A DNA stretch of 64,000 bases from Ophelia neglecta (Eukaryota). Below the pieces are notes generated by a model. That model worked only from the letters and a program-made list of their open reading frames with translations, was not told where the DNA came from and did no database searches. A program made the translations under genes and the position numbers. The stretch spans positions 50,406,001 to 50,470,000 of the forward strand of contig OZ260662.1 in NCBI GenBank assembly GCA_965285935.1, read 5' to 3'. Positions 26,950 through 40,700 of the stretch are shown piece by piece (position 1 is the first letter of the stretch; every line of letters begins with the position of its first letter).

Positions 26950-27470
26950 TTTCTCAAACATACAGTTTGACTCTTCTGACCAGTTGGTTATGATAAAGAT
27001 ACGTAGGGTGTCCCTTGTATTACAAGCATGTGTTGATTATTGGCCATTTTGAAGCATCGTCTGTTTGATGAAACTCCAGAGAAGCACGGGCCGCTATCCC
27101 TAGATTTACGGTATATGATACAGGAGTCTAATGTTGTTTCACAACCAGGTACCAGTTTGTGATGATGTAGATAATTTGGGTGTCCCTTGTAATACAAGCG
27201 TTTTTTGAAATAGCGGCAGGGGCCTGATCTGTGTGTTTGAACTGAAGAACAGAAGCACGGCCTTAAACCGGATATTTCCGGTACAATTTGTTTAACATGA
27301 GCCGACGAGGAAAGGATACCACTAATAGTAACCTCCTGTGATCTATTTGAGAGTTATGCTTGGATCCAGTGAAAGTTTGGGCCCTACAAGCCATAGTATT
27401 GTAGTTTGACAAGGATACGTTGGAGATTGACCTTATCAAAGGACATGGAAAAATCGAGAAATATGGAGTC
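26950..27470 (-). mobile_element. Degenerate non-LTR retrotransposon (CR1/L2-group) reverse transcriptase fragment
   Basis: 27470-27291 translates DSIFLDFSMSFDKVNLQRILVKLQYYGL*GPNFHWIQA*LSNRSQEVTISGILSSSAHV, matching the LDFSKAFDKV...KL..YG..G....WI..L..R.Q.V RT segment with two stops. The adjacent part (26950-27260) contains a short internal duplication and is less certain. Confidence 0.8.
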
Positions 27471-29859
27471 ATTTTAGGGGTTTAACTTAACTCAACCAAG
27501 GTAACCGCCAGCAGCTATTGGCCCATGGTATATAGGTATCTATAGGTATTAATGGTCGTTCAATGCGTTCAGTCGACATGTGTTGAACGTAACCAACTAA
27601 AACAGCATATGAAGGAAAGCTACGCCATTTTTGAGCCGGTTATTCTGATAACCATACCACGTCCGGTATAAATTAATGATTGAAAAAACTGGGGGAAGTG
27701 ATGGTGGGGGTTGAAGATATTTGAAGACGAAAAAAGGTAGTCGGCAACATTTGGAGCGGATAACTCTAATGCCCCAAATTCCGAGAAAAACGGTTTGTTT
27801 GGGTCATAGGGAATAAAAAAAAAATTATTTTGTGGCGAAATGCCCCCCCCCCCCAGCCCCTCCACACGTTAACTAATGGCCGTTGCCTCCCTAAGGATGG
27901 CCTTCGTATGACGACTAAGGGTCCCTTCGTGTGTTCGGTCCATGGCGTCTTGGATTGTCATGAACTCCGGTGACCCAGTCAGCAAAAAAGAACCACTAAA
28001 GCGTTGCATGATTAGGAACACCCGAACACTTTTGGTGGCGACCAGCAAGTTCGACCAATGGAACCATGGTCCGACAAGTATAGGCAGCTAGAGATCTTGA
28101 CACAGTTTACATATATAGGCCTATAGGCTGTAGAATATTACCTACAAAGGCGCTTATAAGTGTAGAGAATGTTATCATTGTACAGAATGGCCGAACTTTT
28201 TATTTGTTGAAGAGTATTAAGGATATCTTGTAGTCCATAAAATTATCCAGTACGCCTGAACAGCCCTTATAGAGGGCAGGTAGGGGAGTCCTCGTTCCCA
28301 GTTCCCAGTTTAAAAAATGGGCCAATCCCGAATCAAGAATGTTTATTATTTCATTCCGTTAGGCATGATGTATTTCCCCCTTCTCGATAAATTGAAAAAG
28401 TGATTCCATAGGATCGGGAAATTAAACAGAACGTTCCCGGGTCGCAGTAAATCTCGATTCACGGACAGTTGCCGAATCCCAATTCACAAGAAATTAAACC
28501 TTATATTCCCAGTTCACGAATAATTAAAATAGCCGATTCCGATGGTCGGGAATACCCCCCCCCCCCCCCCTTACAGATTTCAGCATTAACTAAGATATAT
28601 TACTGGTCCGTTATAATCATAAAATATTTGATACAAGCTTTCTAACGTGAATGGCAATAAAATGGTCACGGCCAGTTGATAAGTGAGCAACCATAATGGT
28701 ATAACAACGAACACACTGAAGTCTTGTAGAGAGAATGTGGCTTAACAAAAACAGGCAGCACGCTGTATAGGACAACTACAATCTCCAGTTTAAAAATGGC
28801 CGGCAACGTACTGAAGTGTGCCTCCGTTTCCAACTAACCGTCAGGAGCTCAGGTGCAAAAAGGCAAGATCTCGCGGGTAGCCCAATGATGTCGTGATATT
28901 TGCACGGGTCAATTACGAGGCCGGGCAAGGGGGATCATTAATTATATAGAATAGCGTTTCAGGGGGCCCGTGTAAAAGTTAGATACCATCTTTACACTGC
29001 GAGAATCCCGTCTTTTTCATTTTACATAATCATGCTCTTCCCCTTTTAAATCTTAATTTGCTCTTAGTTTTAATGAGGGTAGAAGTGTGAATAGAATGTA
29101 ACTGGGTGAAGTGAACCCCAATTTCTCACAAATTATCAATATATTCGCATGTATCACATCACTTATACTACTAGATAGTAGTTTATCTAATATATCCAGT
29201 ATTAGACATTGTCTCAGTTAACTTGATCTCCAGATTTTCTAAAAAAAATTGCAATGTTTTGTTCAACAAACTGTGTTAAAAACTCTAGCTTTTCTTCATC
29301 TTAATGGTGAAATGTTTCGAAGGACCATTGCTTTTGGAAGTCCTGCTGAAAATAAACTAGGTACGGACCCTAGACTTTTGCTGGGGGTTATTTTCGCTTC
29401 CGGTTGCCGAATTAAATGGATCTGACCAAAAGTAATGATTATGTACTGTGTAAATGATGATTCGAAGGCAAAGATAAATATCTAGTTGTTTATTTCGTGA
29501 AAACACCCATGTCCGGGAACTGGTAAATAGTTTTATTTGTTTCTCTTAATTAAGTCATTGCGCCAAAACAGTTTATTTTTCAACCGACAAGTTTTTAAAG
29601 ACCGCCTATGACGCGGACCCTCCTGCTACCAGAAATTCCACCGATATTGTCACCGCCCTCCCCATTGGATTTATTAGCTAAACTTTAAATCACCCCACAT
29701 ACTCCTATCTTCGCTTATACTTGTGCAGCCTGCAATAGATAGATTCCATATAGGAGGGGAGGGGGGATTTGACTTCTAGAGATATTAATTCAATTAATTT
29801 CCCATGGTTAATTTTTTGTGTGCGCAAATACATTTTTGAGTGTGTTTAATGGTCGAGCG

Positions 29860-30445
29860 GCGAGGAGCGAGTTGAAAAAGCGAGGGGCGAGATGAAAAGT
29901 CAAGATGCGGGTAGTAAGAGGGAGAATGAATGAAAACAGGGTAATTATTTCAATAAGAAGAGAAGATATACACAAAATTACATGAAGATTTTTTATTTAG
30001 TCTCGACCTTAATATATACTCTCGCGAAGCGCATAAGGAAATAATTATTGAGCAACAAACAGAACATTTCCGACTAACAAGTTCGGTCGGAGCATAGTAC
30101 GGAAAAACCAGGTAAATGGACCATTGAAGATAGGCCTACCTTTTAAATGTGTACCGTTAAACATGTAAAGAAGCAGACAAGTAAACCATGAATCCCCAAA
30201 AAGTGGCGTAGAGGCCGCATGTTTGAGTAAGGGAACTAGGAAATAGTATACGTGCCACAAAAAGTGTGCTACTCTGCCAGCTTGAAGGAACGATGTTAAT
30301 AACACACGTCTTCGGCCTCTTATTAAAAGGAAGCTTCGGACACTGTGGCAGATCTACAAATTAATTTTGTTCGAGGCCCCTCGCTTTGTAAACTCGCTCT
30401 TCGACTTTGCATCTCGCTCCTTCGCTGTTCCAACTCGCCCTTTTG
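29860..30445. mobile_element. Old element with degenerate inverted termini built from GCGAG-type subrepeats
   Basis: GAGCGAGTTGAAAAAGCGAGGGGCGAGATGAAAAGTC (about 29865) is similar to the reverse complement of 30400-30440 (GGGCGAGTTGGAACAGCGAAGGAGCGAGATGCAAAGTC). Confidence 0.5.
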
Positions 30446-30804
30446 AAAAACACATCAACAGTTTAACTGTAGGGGCCTACTGTGTGCCTCTGGGTAAGGT
30501 TATGGGTTGAAAATTGACAGAAACTAACTGTTGAAGCAGTATGTATATATTTAGCAGATAGGCCTAGTATTCGAATACGTGCACAGTACGTGTGATACTA
30601 CTACACTCAATTTCAACTTAAAACTACAAAACGAAATCAAGTTATTGACTTGAATCAAACAACATTATAGGGCTAGCTCATACAGCTACCAGTCAAAAGA
30701 AGCGAGCCTGGTGGCATACTGTAACACAATAAAAGAATGACATGATTTATGAGGGCGTTGTGCCCGACATAGACAATTAGCAGCCCGACATAATCATTAG
30801 CGCA

Positions 30805-30843
<39 letters not shown>
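30805..30843. repeat. (TAT)n microsatellite
   Basis: Directly visible. Confidence 0.95.
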
Positions 30844-30846
<3 letters not shown>

Positions 30847-32484
30847 GTTCAACAGTACTTTATACGTAAAAAAAAAGAAATGATACAGAGTTTTAATAAC
30901 AACAATCTGTATTTGTATTGTATTTCGTGCGTACCGCCTCCTCTGGCTAATCCATCCTAAGGGTACTCCCTCCCCTGTGTACCCCCTGTCTACATTGATG
31001 TAATCACTATATGAGAACTTTACACGTTCTCGCTTTAAATGTTGTTTTTATTTGCTTAAATATTGAGAATAAAGTGTCTTCACTTTTCAGAGATATACGT
31101 TATCAGAAGACAGAATGGGGTCGTCGAGATTAACGAATCCACCATTTTGATGTATTAAGCTGAATGTACACATGATTTAAAAAAGCAGGTTTAAATGATA
31201 ACAAATATGACGGCGGATTAGCATACAATGTAAGGAGTAAGCCACCCTGCGGCTTATGGACCTAAAGGTAATGCACGTTACCAAGTTGTGTAAAGGCCTG
31301 ATCTCTTAGTAACAATGTTTATGGGTCTACTACATAGGTTAAATAAGTAATTCGCCGAAAGCACTAAAGAACTGAAGAGTAGCCTACTCCCTTTATGTTG
31401 ATGTCTTTCTATTTGATGTTATCGGTTGTATTCATATTCATCTTTGATTCATTTTTTTAACTTTTAACTTTATTTTATAAACGTCTGGCCACACCCACTG
31501 AAGTCAATAATGAGTCATTTCCAAACTAAGCAGTGTCTGTCCGCTTGATTGAGTTTCTATAGGGTTCAACCATTACTAATTAGTTATCCTTGGTATCAAT
31601 TTGTTCCAGTTCACCGACTTGGAAACCCTTACAATCACCGCGAATTAGGCACTCACAATTAAATTTATTAGGGACCCAATCCACGAACTGGAACAATCTT
31701 GCCTACAATGGTTAAAACCATTTATAATATATCGTTTGGCGATTTAGAAGGATTAAAAATGCGGACTTGATACTTAGCTGTAAGTGGCGGTGTGGTGTAT
31801 TACTGTAAATGTTTTAAAGCAGTTGTAAATCTAACCTTGAAACGATCGGCTATAACAGAAAATTTGGAACTAAGGCACTTATCATCTACTCGAAAAGATA
31901 TATAATATGTATGTAGGCCAGGATTTTGAAGCTGGAACCTGAGCCAACATCCCCTTGGAATGATTTACCACATTAATGGACTGACAGTGAATCATATCAC
32001 TTATATATTTAATGCGCACATCCTTTGATATAAAAAAAATACCTTACTTCTAGATAAGTGCATTCCTGACCTCACAGCTTCACTATACCAATTGCAAAAT
32101 CAAACAATTGTGGCAAATTGTTCGACTTAGTCGGTACAAAATAATATGGGAAAATCAGAAAATCGGAGCAAATTATGTCTGTGTTTTGCAAAATACAGAT
32201 TGAAAGTTTAATACACTAAATGGCGGACGTTGGATCTGAATTATACTATAGTACAGAATAGGAACGTATTTTTCGGATTGCATCATACCTCAGGACTGTA
32301 AGTGTTCTTGAAGATGCCCTCAATTTGAAAACCACAGCGACAAGATGTCGTCAGTCTTTCAAAAAAATAACCATTTGGGCCTGAGAAAAAATAAGTTGGC
32401 GGGAAAATTTAGTAGGGGGCTCCTATATAAACTTCCCTAAAAACTGAGGGGGCTCCTCTATAAATTTCCCTAAAACTGATGTAC

Positions 32485-32790
32485 CGTGTTTATGGTGCTG
32501 GCTATAACGTGTGTAACAGTCTGCCAGGTGCTATCAGAGACGGTCCATTTATTGCCAGGTTTAAATCCACCTTGAAAATATATATTTGTTTAAGGAAGGC
32601 CTTTGAATATTCAATTAAAGTCAGGTTCATTGTAGTCAATGTTTAAAGATCCGAGGCCTATAATATACCTGAAGACATACGACTTATTTTTAGTCATATT
32701 TTTTTACTAGTCATTAATATTTACAGTTGTTAATCTCTTTTCTGAAAGTACTAGGGAAATGGCACAATATAAATGTGAAAAAATAATTTA
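32485..32790 (+). mobile_element. 3' end of an L2/CR1-type LINE
   Basis: Translates AGYNVCNSLPGAIRDGPFIARFKSTLKIY (frameshift) LFK..F, resembling the WNSLP..IR....L..FK..LKT.LF ORF2 C-terminus, followed by an AT-rich tail. Confidence 0.6.
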
Positions 32791-34788
32791 CTCCATCAGG
32801 GTCAGACAGTCGTTTAACGGAACTGGGGAATGATCTCACTAAACGGGTTTTATTCTATGGTTTCTTCATCATTTTTGGTAAGCGCTTACTAATATTACCC
32901 TAAATGCATTTGTCATTTCTTTGGTTTGAACAATATTTTTCCGCAGCAGGTGGTGAAAAAAGGTTACATAATATTTCGGCACTTTCGAAAACGCTTCATA
33001 TAGGCCTACGTATAGTAAGAGCTAACTAGGTAAATGAGTATTAATATGAAAAAGTGTAAAATGGTATTAAAACAACATTTAAATTCAACAAAACTTTTCT
33101 TTTTCATTACAATAAAAATTTAAACGATATATATATATATATAATGCTAAACAATACAAAATAATAAGATATATCGTCAGCATTCTATATATATTAGTAA
33201 CCGCCCAGACGAAGATTTCCAAACCAACGCTCACAGACAGAAATTACTTATAAATTGACAATAAATGTTTACTGATCGCTTTAACAATATCATTAATAGT
33301 CATTAAAACAGTTTAATTAACTTGAACATAAAGAAGCACATTGATCAATCTACACAATAAAAACTAAAAGAAATGGCTCGACTCTTGATTACTCATTATA
33401 CATTTTTCAATAGTAATTGATTACTGAAATACTGTAGAATTAAGTAATGTTATTGTACTGACTTATTAATGACTAATATATCTTTGAAAGGAAGTATTTC
33501 AAACGTGTTCTCGCAGGCACACAAGATCTTATTAAAACAAAGTATTGCAATTAAAACGCACTTCCTAAGACTTCTCCAAGTCGGACGATGAAATTGAAAG
33601 CAAATTAATTGATATAAAGTTGAAAGGTGAGCAAAAATCGTCATTTCCGATGTTAGTTTTGTTTTAAATTGACTTTCATTATTTTTTCTTTTCATTTCTT
33701 TGGAAGAAAAAGAGAATAATTTTCCAACAAAAGAAGCCTTCTGGGTAAGGTAGCATAATGGAAAAAAAGAAAATAAGCACGGTTTGAGGCATCGTTTCTT
33801 CTACTGTAATTCAAGGATTTCTTCTTTGACGCAATTCCCAAACCTTCGCCGGGGAGCCTATATTAGTATGTATATATATAGAGGCATCTATTAAAGAAAA
33901 AGAGCGAAAGCTATACCTTGCAATCTTGTACTACCTATCGAAGGCAACAGGCGCTTTCTTAAGCTTGGTTATACCATCTGGTTAAACTTTAATTTAAGCA
34001 TAGCTAGACGATAAACTGCTGACTTGTATATATCCAAGTAGATTATTTATAATAGCCCAGTCCTGTCGATAGATGCGTTGGTGTCATTCAAGTAGGCTTT
34101 ACCTCTATTGAAACCTCTCAGATCTGCTATACTAGCTTCCCTTGCAATCTTGACCTTTGTCACACATTCACGCGAGGGACATACCTTAGCTCTAATTTGT
34201 AGTATGACATGCACACGTGCGTGATTCGTTTTAAACGGACTTCGATTTTACATGAGAATTTATTAGCCTTTCAATACACGTGCATGTGAGTACTTTTGCA
34301 ATTGATTTGCGGCATATTGAACGGATTTGTGGGCTTTCTCATTTTTTCACGTACTGTCGAGTGCAGTCGTGTCATTAAGTCGGTATGTGGTAAGCCTAGA
34401 AGCGGGATCCGCGTGTTTGTCCTGGTTTCCCCCTAACCAGACCGTCGTTAAGCGATCTCCGGGAGAGGTGAACGAAGGGTGAGCTCACTAGGCATAACGG
34501 TGATCGTAGCTCACAAGATGTGCGCAGCATGCGTTTAGTGTGGCGCGCAACCAGCCAAGCGCGACGAATGTTTTGTGCCTTGGAGGTCTGTGGGGAAAGC
34601 TTCCATTATAAACACTACCACCTAATATTGACCGTGCCTGCACACAACAGTAAATTCCTAGGCGCTTGCTGCTGCGCGTTAACAACCTGGGCCTTAAAAC
34701 CATAACAAAACCAGGGTGACATGCTTTAGGCCAGTCCCACATAATTATCTCTTGCATTCAGTTCAAGGTTGCTGGAACTGTGGATGGC

Positions 34789-37700
34789 ATGGGTAACAGA
34801 TTGTTCAAATCGGTCCGGCGTTCGGATCGCAAAGAACCGATCGTCTACGGGATTCGCTACCTGCAGGAGGGTCAAACCGTGCCCAATAAGTGCAGTAAGC
34901 TTAAAGTCAAGCCAGAGGATGAAAAGAACAGTCAAACTAGCAGCGAAGAAGGCGTGGGATTGTGTATGGGAAACGGAATGCTGGGCCAGCTGACCTCCAC
35001 CAGTCCTCCCACCACCCCTGAGGGAGAGGGGCCCTGGTCCGGCTGGCTCAACCAGGATTACCCCTTCGAAAACATCGTCATGTCCGGTGGAGGCAGCAAG
35101 GGATACGCGTATATAGGTGCTTTGAAGGTAAGTTAGTAATTAGAACAACCAGTTCAAATATGGCTGTTTGGTATTGATGGAAGATTCAACTCGGCGTTTG
35201 GCATGTTGTTATCCCCCGGGTCCCCCACGGTGCCATATAATGCAAGTAGGCTAATGGTTGTGTCTGTTTGTCTGTGGCAAAGTTGGCGAAGCGCATACAT
35301 GTATAGCTGGTAGCTAGCTATACACTGTTGTGTGCATGCTTAACTATATGTTAACATTGAAATAACTTTTTTTTTCTTCTCCTGTCGGCCTACGTAGTTT
35401 ATTATTATCGGAGAGCAACATTACAAAATAATAAACTGGTAGCTTTGACAAAAAAAAAAGACTATGATGAAAAGTACCAAAAGCATGATATATTTAGGAC
35501 AGCCCCACTCAATTGGAAGTAGGCCATATCAAAATCTCCCTGGTAAACCCTGCATTATGTATAGTAATAACAACCCCGTGTCACTGACACCAGGGAGTCC
35601 TGTCATATCAGATGACCACATATTTTGGTGTTCAGCAAATATAGTGCATCAGTGAAAGAATAGTATACATCAATTGTGATATTGTTCTATCAGTAGGTGG
35701 ACTTTCCTAATAGTCTACGACCAAGCGATTCACTGTGTATGTAGCTGGTCTTAGGCGGTGATTCATGATTCAAATTCAGAGCTGGGACAACAAATCGACA
35801 CCATCTGGCCATGCCTACATGAAAACCTAGATATATTTACTGCTGTACACCTCTGTTTTGTATGTTTGTACAGAGCACAGACAGTCATTGCTGGGTTGTG
35901 AGATTAAGATGTTTTTGTCCAGATGACTAATGACATATATTTCCGATTGTCTTTCCTTTCGGAGCTATATTTGACAGATGCCTTGTACACACACACACAA
36001 AACACCTCTTTTACACCCCTCGACCAAAAACGACCGCCTAAGGCACGAAATGAGTCGGGGGTCGTATCAGGACTGGTCAACTCGGTGTCAGTATAATGAG
36101 ACTGGGTGGGGTTCCCTGTCTGGTGTCTACGGCAGGTACTCCAGTCACGCACCACTATAAAGAGGGCATTGGGCCCACTGTCACAAGTAGGAACCGTGGC
36201 ATATGACCATATAAGTGTTAAAAGCCACGTAAAACCCCAAACAACAACAACAACCAAGCAACGACCATTGCCATTGGTCAGACGGCACCGGCCTTCGCTG
36301 AAGAGCAGGCGATTCCACAAATGGCATGTTTGCTCCAGACATCCCCTTGCAGAGATTTTACTGTATATCCTCGAGTGTTCAACCCGGTCTCACACACAAC
36401 AAAAGTTTGTCATTGTGAGCATTTGTCTTTATGAATTAATAAACAACACGTTCGTTATTTACCGAGCCTGCATAATATGTGCATGCCATGTGCGATCTAC
36501 ACCCAGTGTGTTCATTTGTCAAGCATCGCTGTGATTGGTCGTCTTGACTATATATGTGTCAAGGTCGTAGTACGCGTGCGCATATTGTGCCAAGCCATCT
36601 TCGGCCTTCCTCGGCAATCTCCGCTGTCTACCCACAGATTGGTATCCAAAGACGAAAGAGCAGTGACCGCATTGGCGGTGGTGGCGCTGACAGGTCAGAA
36701 TGCAATTATATGCAGTCAACTGTATAACTTCAAAAGGAAATGGTTTAATATCAGCAATTTGTATTAATAGCAGCTCCAATGGGCCATTATAAATTCCGCA
36801 ACTAATGTGCGCATGTCACGTTATTATGATTGCCTTAATATAGATGTCAAGGTAACGTCCCATAGAACCACAGAATCAAATCAATCAATGCCGCAAGATT
36901 CAATACACATTCTGATTGATTGGATTCGTATTCCGCTGTTGTTCACTCATCCCGTATTCAGTACATAATTCATTAAACGATTAAAGAAAGGCAGACGAGC
37001 AGACATCATTCATTGTTTACGGTACGCTGGCGTTGCAGAATGTTTTATCTCGGCTGGAGACACGTAAATTGATGCTTCCGAGTCCATAGTTCAACATATT
37101 CAAGGTACATTTATTTCTTTGTAAATGTTTTCCGTCATATCACCTAACCCAAATGGTAGGCCTATGAATATATCAACCTCTTTTTAAATTGTGCTATTAG
37201 ACAAACGAGTGGGAGGCGGTGAATGACATAAACTTTAAAAGTCAAACCGACGTCTTGATGTCCAATATAAGGCAAGGGCAAAAAGGCAAAACTCAGCTGT
37301 CGAAAAGAAATGCAATTGCATTTTTTTGAGCATAGCGGATCGCGTTACACCTGTATTGGCATAAGGACGTCAGCGACAATAATTGTGTATAGAACTACAT
37401 GTATATAGATCAACACACAATCTATTCAACATTTAACCATCAACTTTTTTAATTTGACAGTGCGTGCACCGGTGAATGTAAGAGTATACACATTATGACT
37501 GCTCACGAATTCTTTTTTTTGGTAGATGAGCTTCTGAGTAAATGAAATATACTTTGGTCATCAGAAGATATAAATTAAAACATTTTTATATGACAAATTG
37601 GATTATGTAATAAGCATGTGCTTTAGACAATGGCATTAATAATATATGACAAATGTTAAGTTTTCTTTAAAGAATTGTGCATAAATATTAAAGTAAGCCT

Positions 37701-40700
37701 ATATGTGTAGCAACGATATATATTTCCTTAGATATACTGTTGAATGAAACTGTTGTAGAAAGACTTCATTATCATTGTATACCACTCAGCCACCTGTCTT
37801 ATTGTGTAATGCACTCCTAGTACAGAATGCGTGAATATAACAATATTTACCTCCTTGATTATTCGATGACACGAGTAATGCATTACATGCAGTAATTTTG
37901 AAGAGTTCTAACATGGATTTTAATCTTTGAATGTATAGGGCCCTGCACGCTATTTTGTCCCCCTGCGGCTAAGGCGCCAAGAGAAAAATAACATATATTT
38001 TTGTTTAGAAATAAGAGCTAAAAAGAAATGAACTGGTCCTTTGTAATGCAAAACGTTTGTGTAGCATCTCACGTATGCCATTTGGACAAAAACAACAGGA
38101 GAAAGATTTCAAAGTATATAGACCAACTGTGTCTGATACATAAGCTGTAGCTCTCGCCATAATTGTTGAATTTAGCCTAAGCTTACATCAGTTTGGCCCA
38201 AATTTAAAACGTGCTACTGAAGCTGCGGCGTGTATGGCGATTTATGATACAAAGGACACCAGAAAAGAAATTAAACCATGCAAAGGGCATTGATTTGTGA
38301 GATTTGAGCACCACGAAGAAACACGATATCTTCTAATATTTAAGAATGTAAGTCATAAAATAAAAAACAAATAAGCAGGCCCAGCCTATATATACCTTTC
38401 ACAAGTTGGGTCTAGAAGCTGACGAGGGGATGCGTGGGTAAGGTGGAATTTCCTACCTGTTACAATATGGACAATAGAGTCTGTCAGGTCCCCATCGCGT
38501 ATACAAGGGCGACAATATGAGTGGGGAGTCTTGATTTATCTTTAGCAACACCTTCATCATGCAATTTCGACGTGAAATTGTAATTTAACTTTTATTTGAC
38601 CAGTTAGAATTAAGAAAACCATTGAGAGGTTTAAGTACAGTGAAATCTGACCATATTCATATATTCAGACCAACTGTCAAATCACACCTCTAATCCGAAG
38701 ACCATACATTACATTTCAAATAAGAAATAACCTGCCTAAACAGATTACCACCATTATCAGGCAGTGTTTTCTAATCCCTCGTGTGTTCTCACACAGGTTC
38801 CACGGTAAATCCAAATGCAGTGAAACCTAAACTGGCCTAAAACAAATTGGGCTTAATGTCAAATAACTAAAATTTATGCCTTATTATTTTAACAGCAAGA
38901 GTTATAGAAATACATCGAGAGCCTATAACTATGTACTCCCGCAAACATTCAGCCCTTAATATCACTATACTCATACAATGTTTATATAGACAATTCACTT
39001 GTTGTTCACCTTGTCTAAGGAAGATTTCTTCTATCAAACCTTCCTTAAGATGTCGTACTTAAAGATCATATATGAAGTTGACACGGTTAAAAACTGGAGA
39101 GAAATAAACTACCTCTTGAACTTAGCAAAAACTGATTACATAGAATCAATCAGATTATCGATATGGACTCTTAAGTTGCAATCAAATTGCTTGCTTTTCT
39201 GACACACCTTAAGTCAATAGCAACAACTTTCGAAGGCGCAGAATGAATTGGAAAAGTGTATGTTACCGAACCAACTCGACCAATTTGGCAGACTACAATG
39301 TATGCTTTGCCAGTTATTTTTTCCTGGTGGCGTGTTACGGTAAACAGTTCTCCGTTGTGGTTCGGTCTAAAGTATATATGAGTAATTGACGATCTTTCGA
39401 GATCTTTCTAACTCAGAGTTCTACGAATTTGGCAGGTAATTCTTGGCACTGTAAACTGAGGCATTTTGGCGAACAGTTAACATTTCTCGAATATCGATCC
39501 AAATATTTGTGCCACATCATGAATGACTAGCAGAGAAAAGTTTTTTTTCGCTGGTTGACATTTTCTCGCTTTGCTGTTTAAAGCGTTCATTATGGTCAGC
39601 TTCCTACAACTTTGAGATTATGAGATAAACAAAAAGCCACGACTTTGATGAAGGTTAGGCCCTACTGCAAGGCGAATTATTGGCACTTAATACATGTGCT
39701 CGTACACTGTCAGCCCGAGGCTAATAAAATGAAGGCAGACCCTTGGATCGAGCGGCGATATGATTATTTCTTACAACGCGAGAGTTATAACGTTAGTTGA
39801 TATGCCTACATGTCAACGTTTTGTTAACTTCATATCATATAAGCTAAACACGGCTCAGTTCTAATCAGGCAAATCGTGCATCTTCGCGTGCATCTAGCGT
39901 TATATCGTGCCATGCTGCGGCCAGCAACCATTGCAACTTTTACCCTTTGTTCTCAGTTCCCCAGCTCGAAACCTGTAGGGTGCAACCGGAAATAAACCCA
40001 GTAATACTTAAAAACCTGATACATCTATCAGAAACAAGAAAACATAAATTTGTAATAGAATAATTCGTATCTCTGTGTTTTGCCTGTGTTCCTTTATCTC
40101 ACAGAGTTTCTTTCTCATTTTTTTCTTGCTCATTTTTACTAATGAGATATTTTTAAAATATCAAATTAAATGTTCCTCTTCTCATAGCATTTAGTTTGCA
40201 AAAGTGCAAAACAACATGCATAGCACCACAAGAAAGATAATTATCAGTAGTACAAATTTGGTTACCCGCTGAAAATCTGGGCTGTGGTACAGAAATTACA
40301 GGGGCCCTCAATAGTGGATGATGGAAGCACAAAGTTGCATTTTAATTTCGCCTCTAGCCTATTTAGCCCTAACGTGGGATCAGGAAAACCAGTCTTAGGA
40401 GTAGGCATAAATACTTGAAAGGGGAGCGTTTCTGATAAAACAACCAAGGAAAGAGGCACTAATAATTATAGTCGTTACCATTAAAAATATGTCCCATGTG
40501 CGTATGTTGATAATATTAATGTCATACGTATGTCTCATACATCAATTTGGAATATGCGTGGTTATTGCCTGAATTCACCACTTACAAAACCTGATATTAC
40601 CTTGTTGAAAGCAAGGGGCCTTTTTGAAAATATACATTTGAATGGGCTCGACAATATATTAATGGCGGTAAATCATTGACAAAGTTGAATTCTTATGTTA

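Noticed and set aside
28790-28920. Promoter-like motifs (AAAATGGC, TCTCGCG, CCAAT) between GDPD and patatin
   Set aside because: Short motifs only; I could not link them to an exon, so not called.
36554-36693. Short ORF ending IGGGGADR as an alternative patatin glycine-loop exon
   Set aside because: Ends in phase 2 while exon 2 starts in phase 0, and there is no other similarity to exon 1.
38636-38810. Possible old CAGTG-ended MITE (similar traces near 41500 and 56520-56600; another dispersed repeat at about 16370-16590 and 28290-28560)
   Set aside because: Too degenerate to define boundaries by eye.
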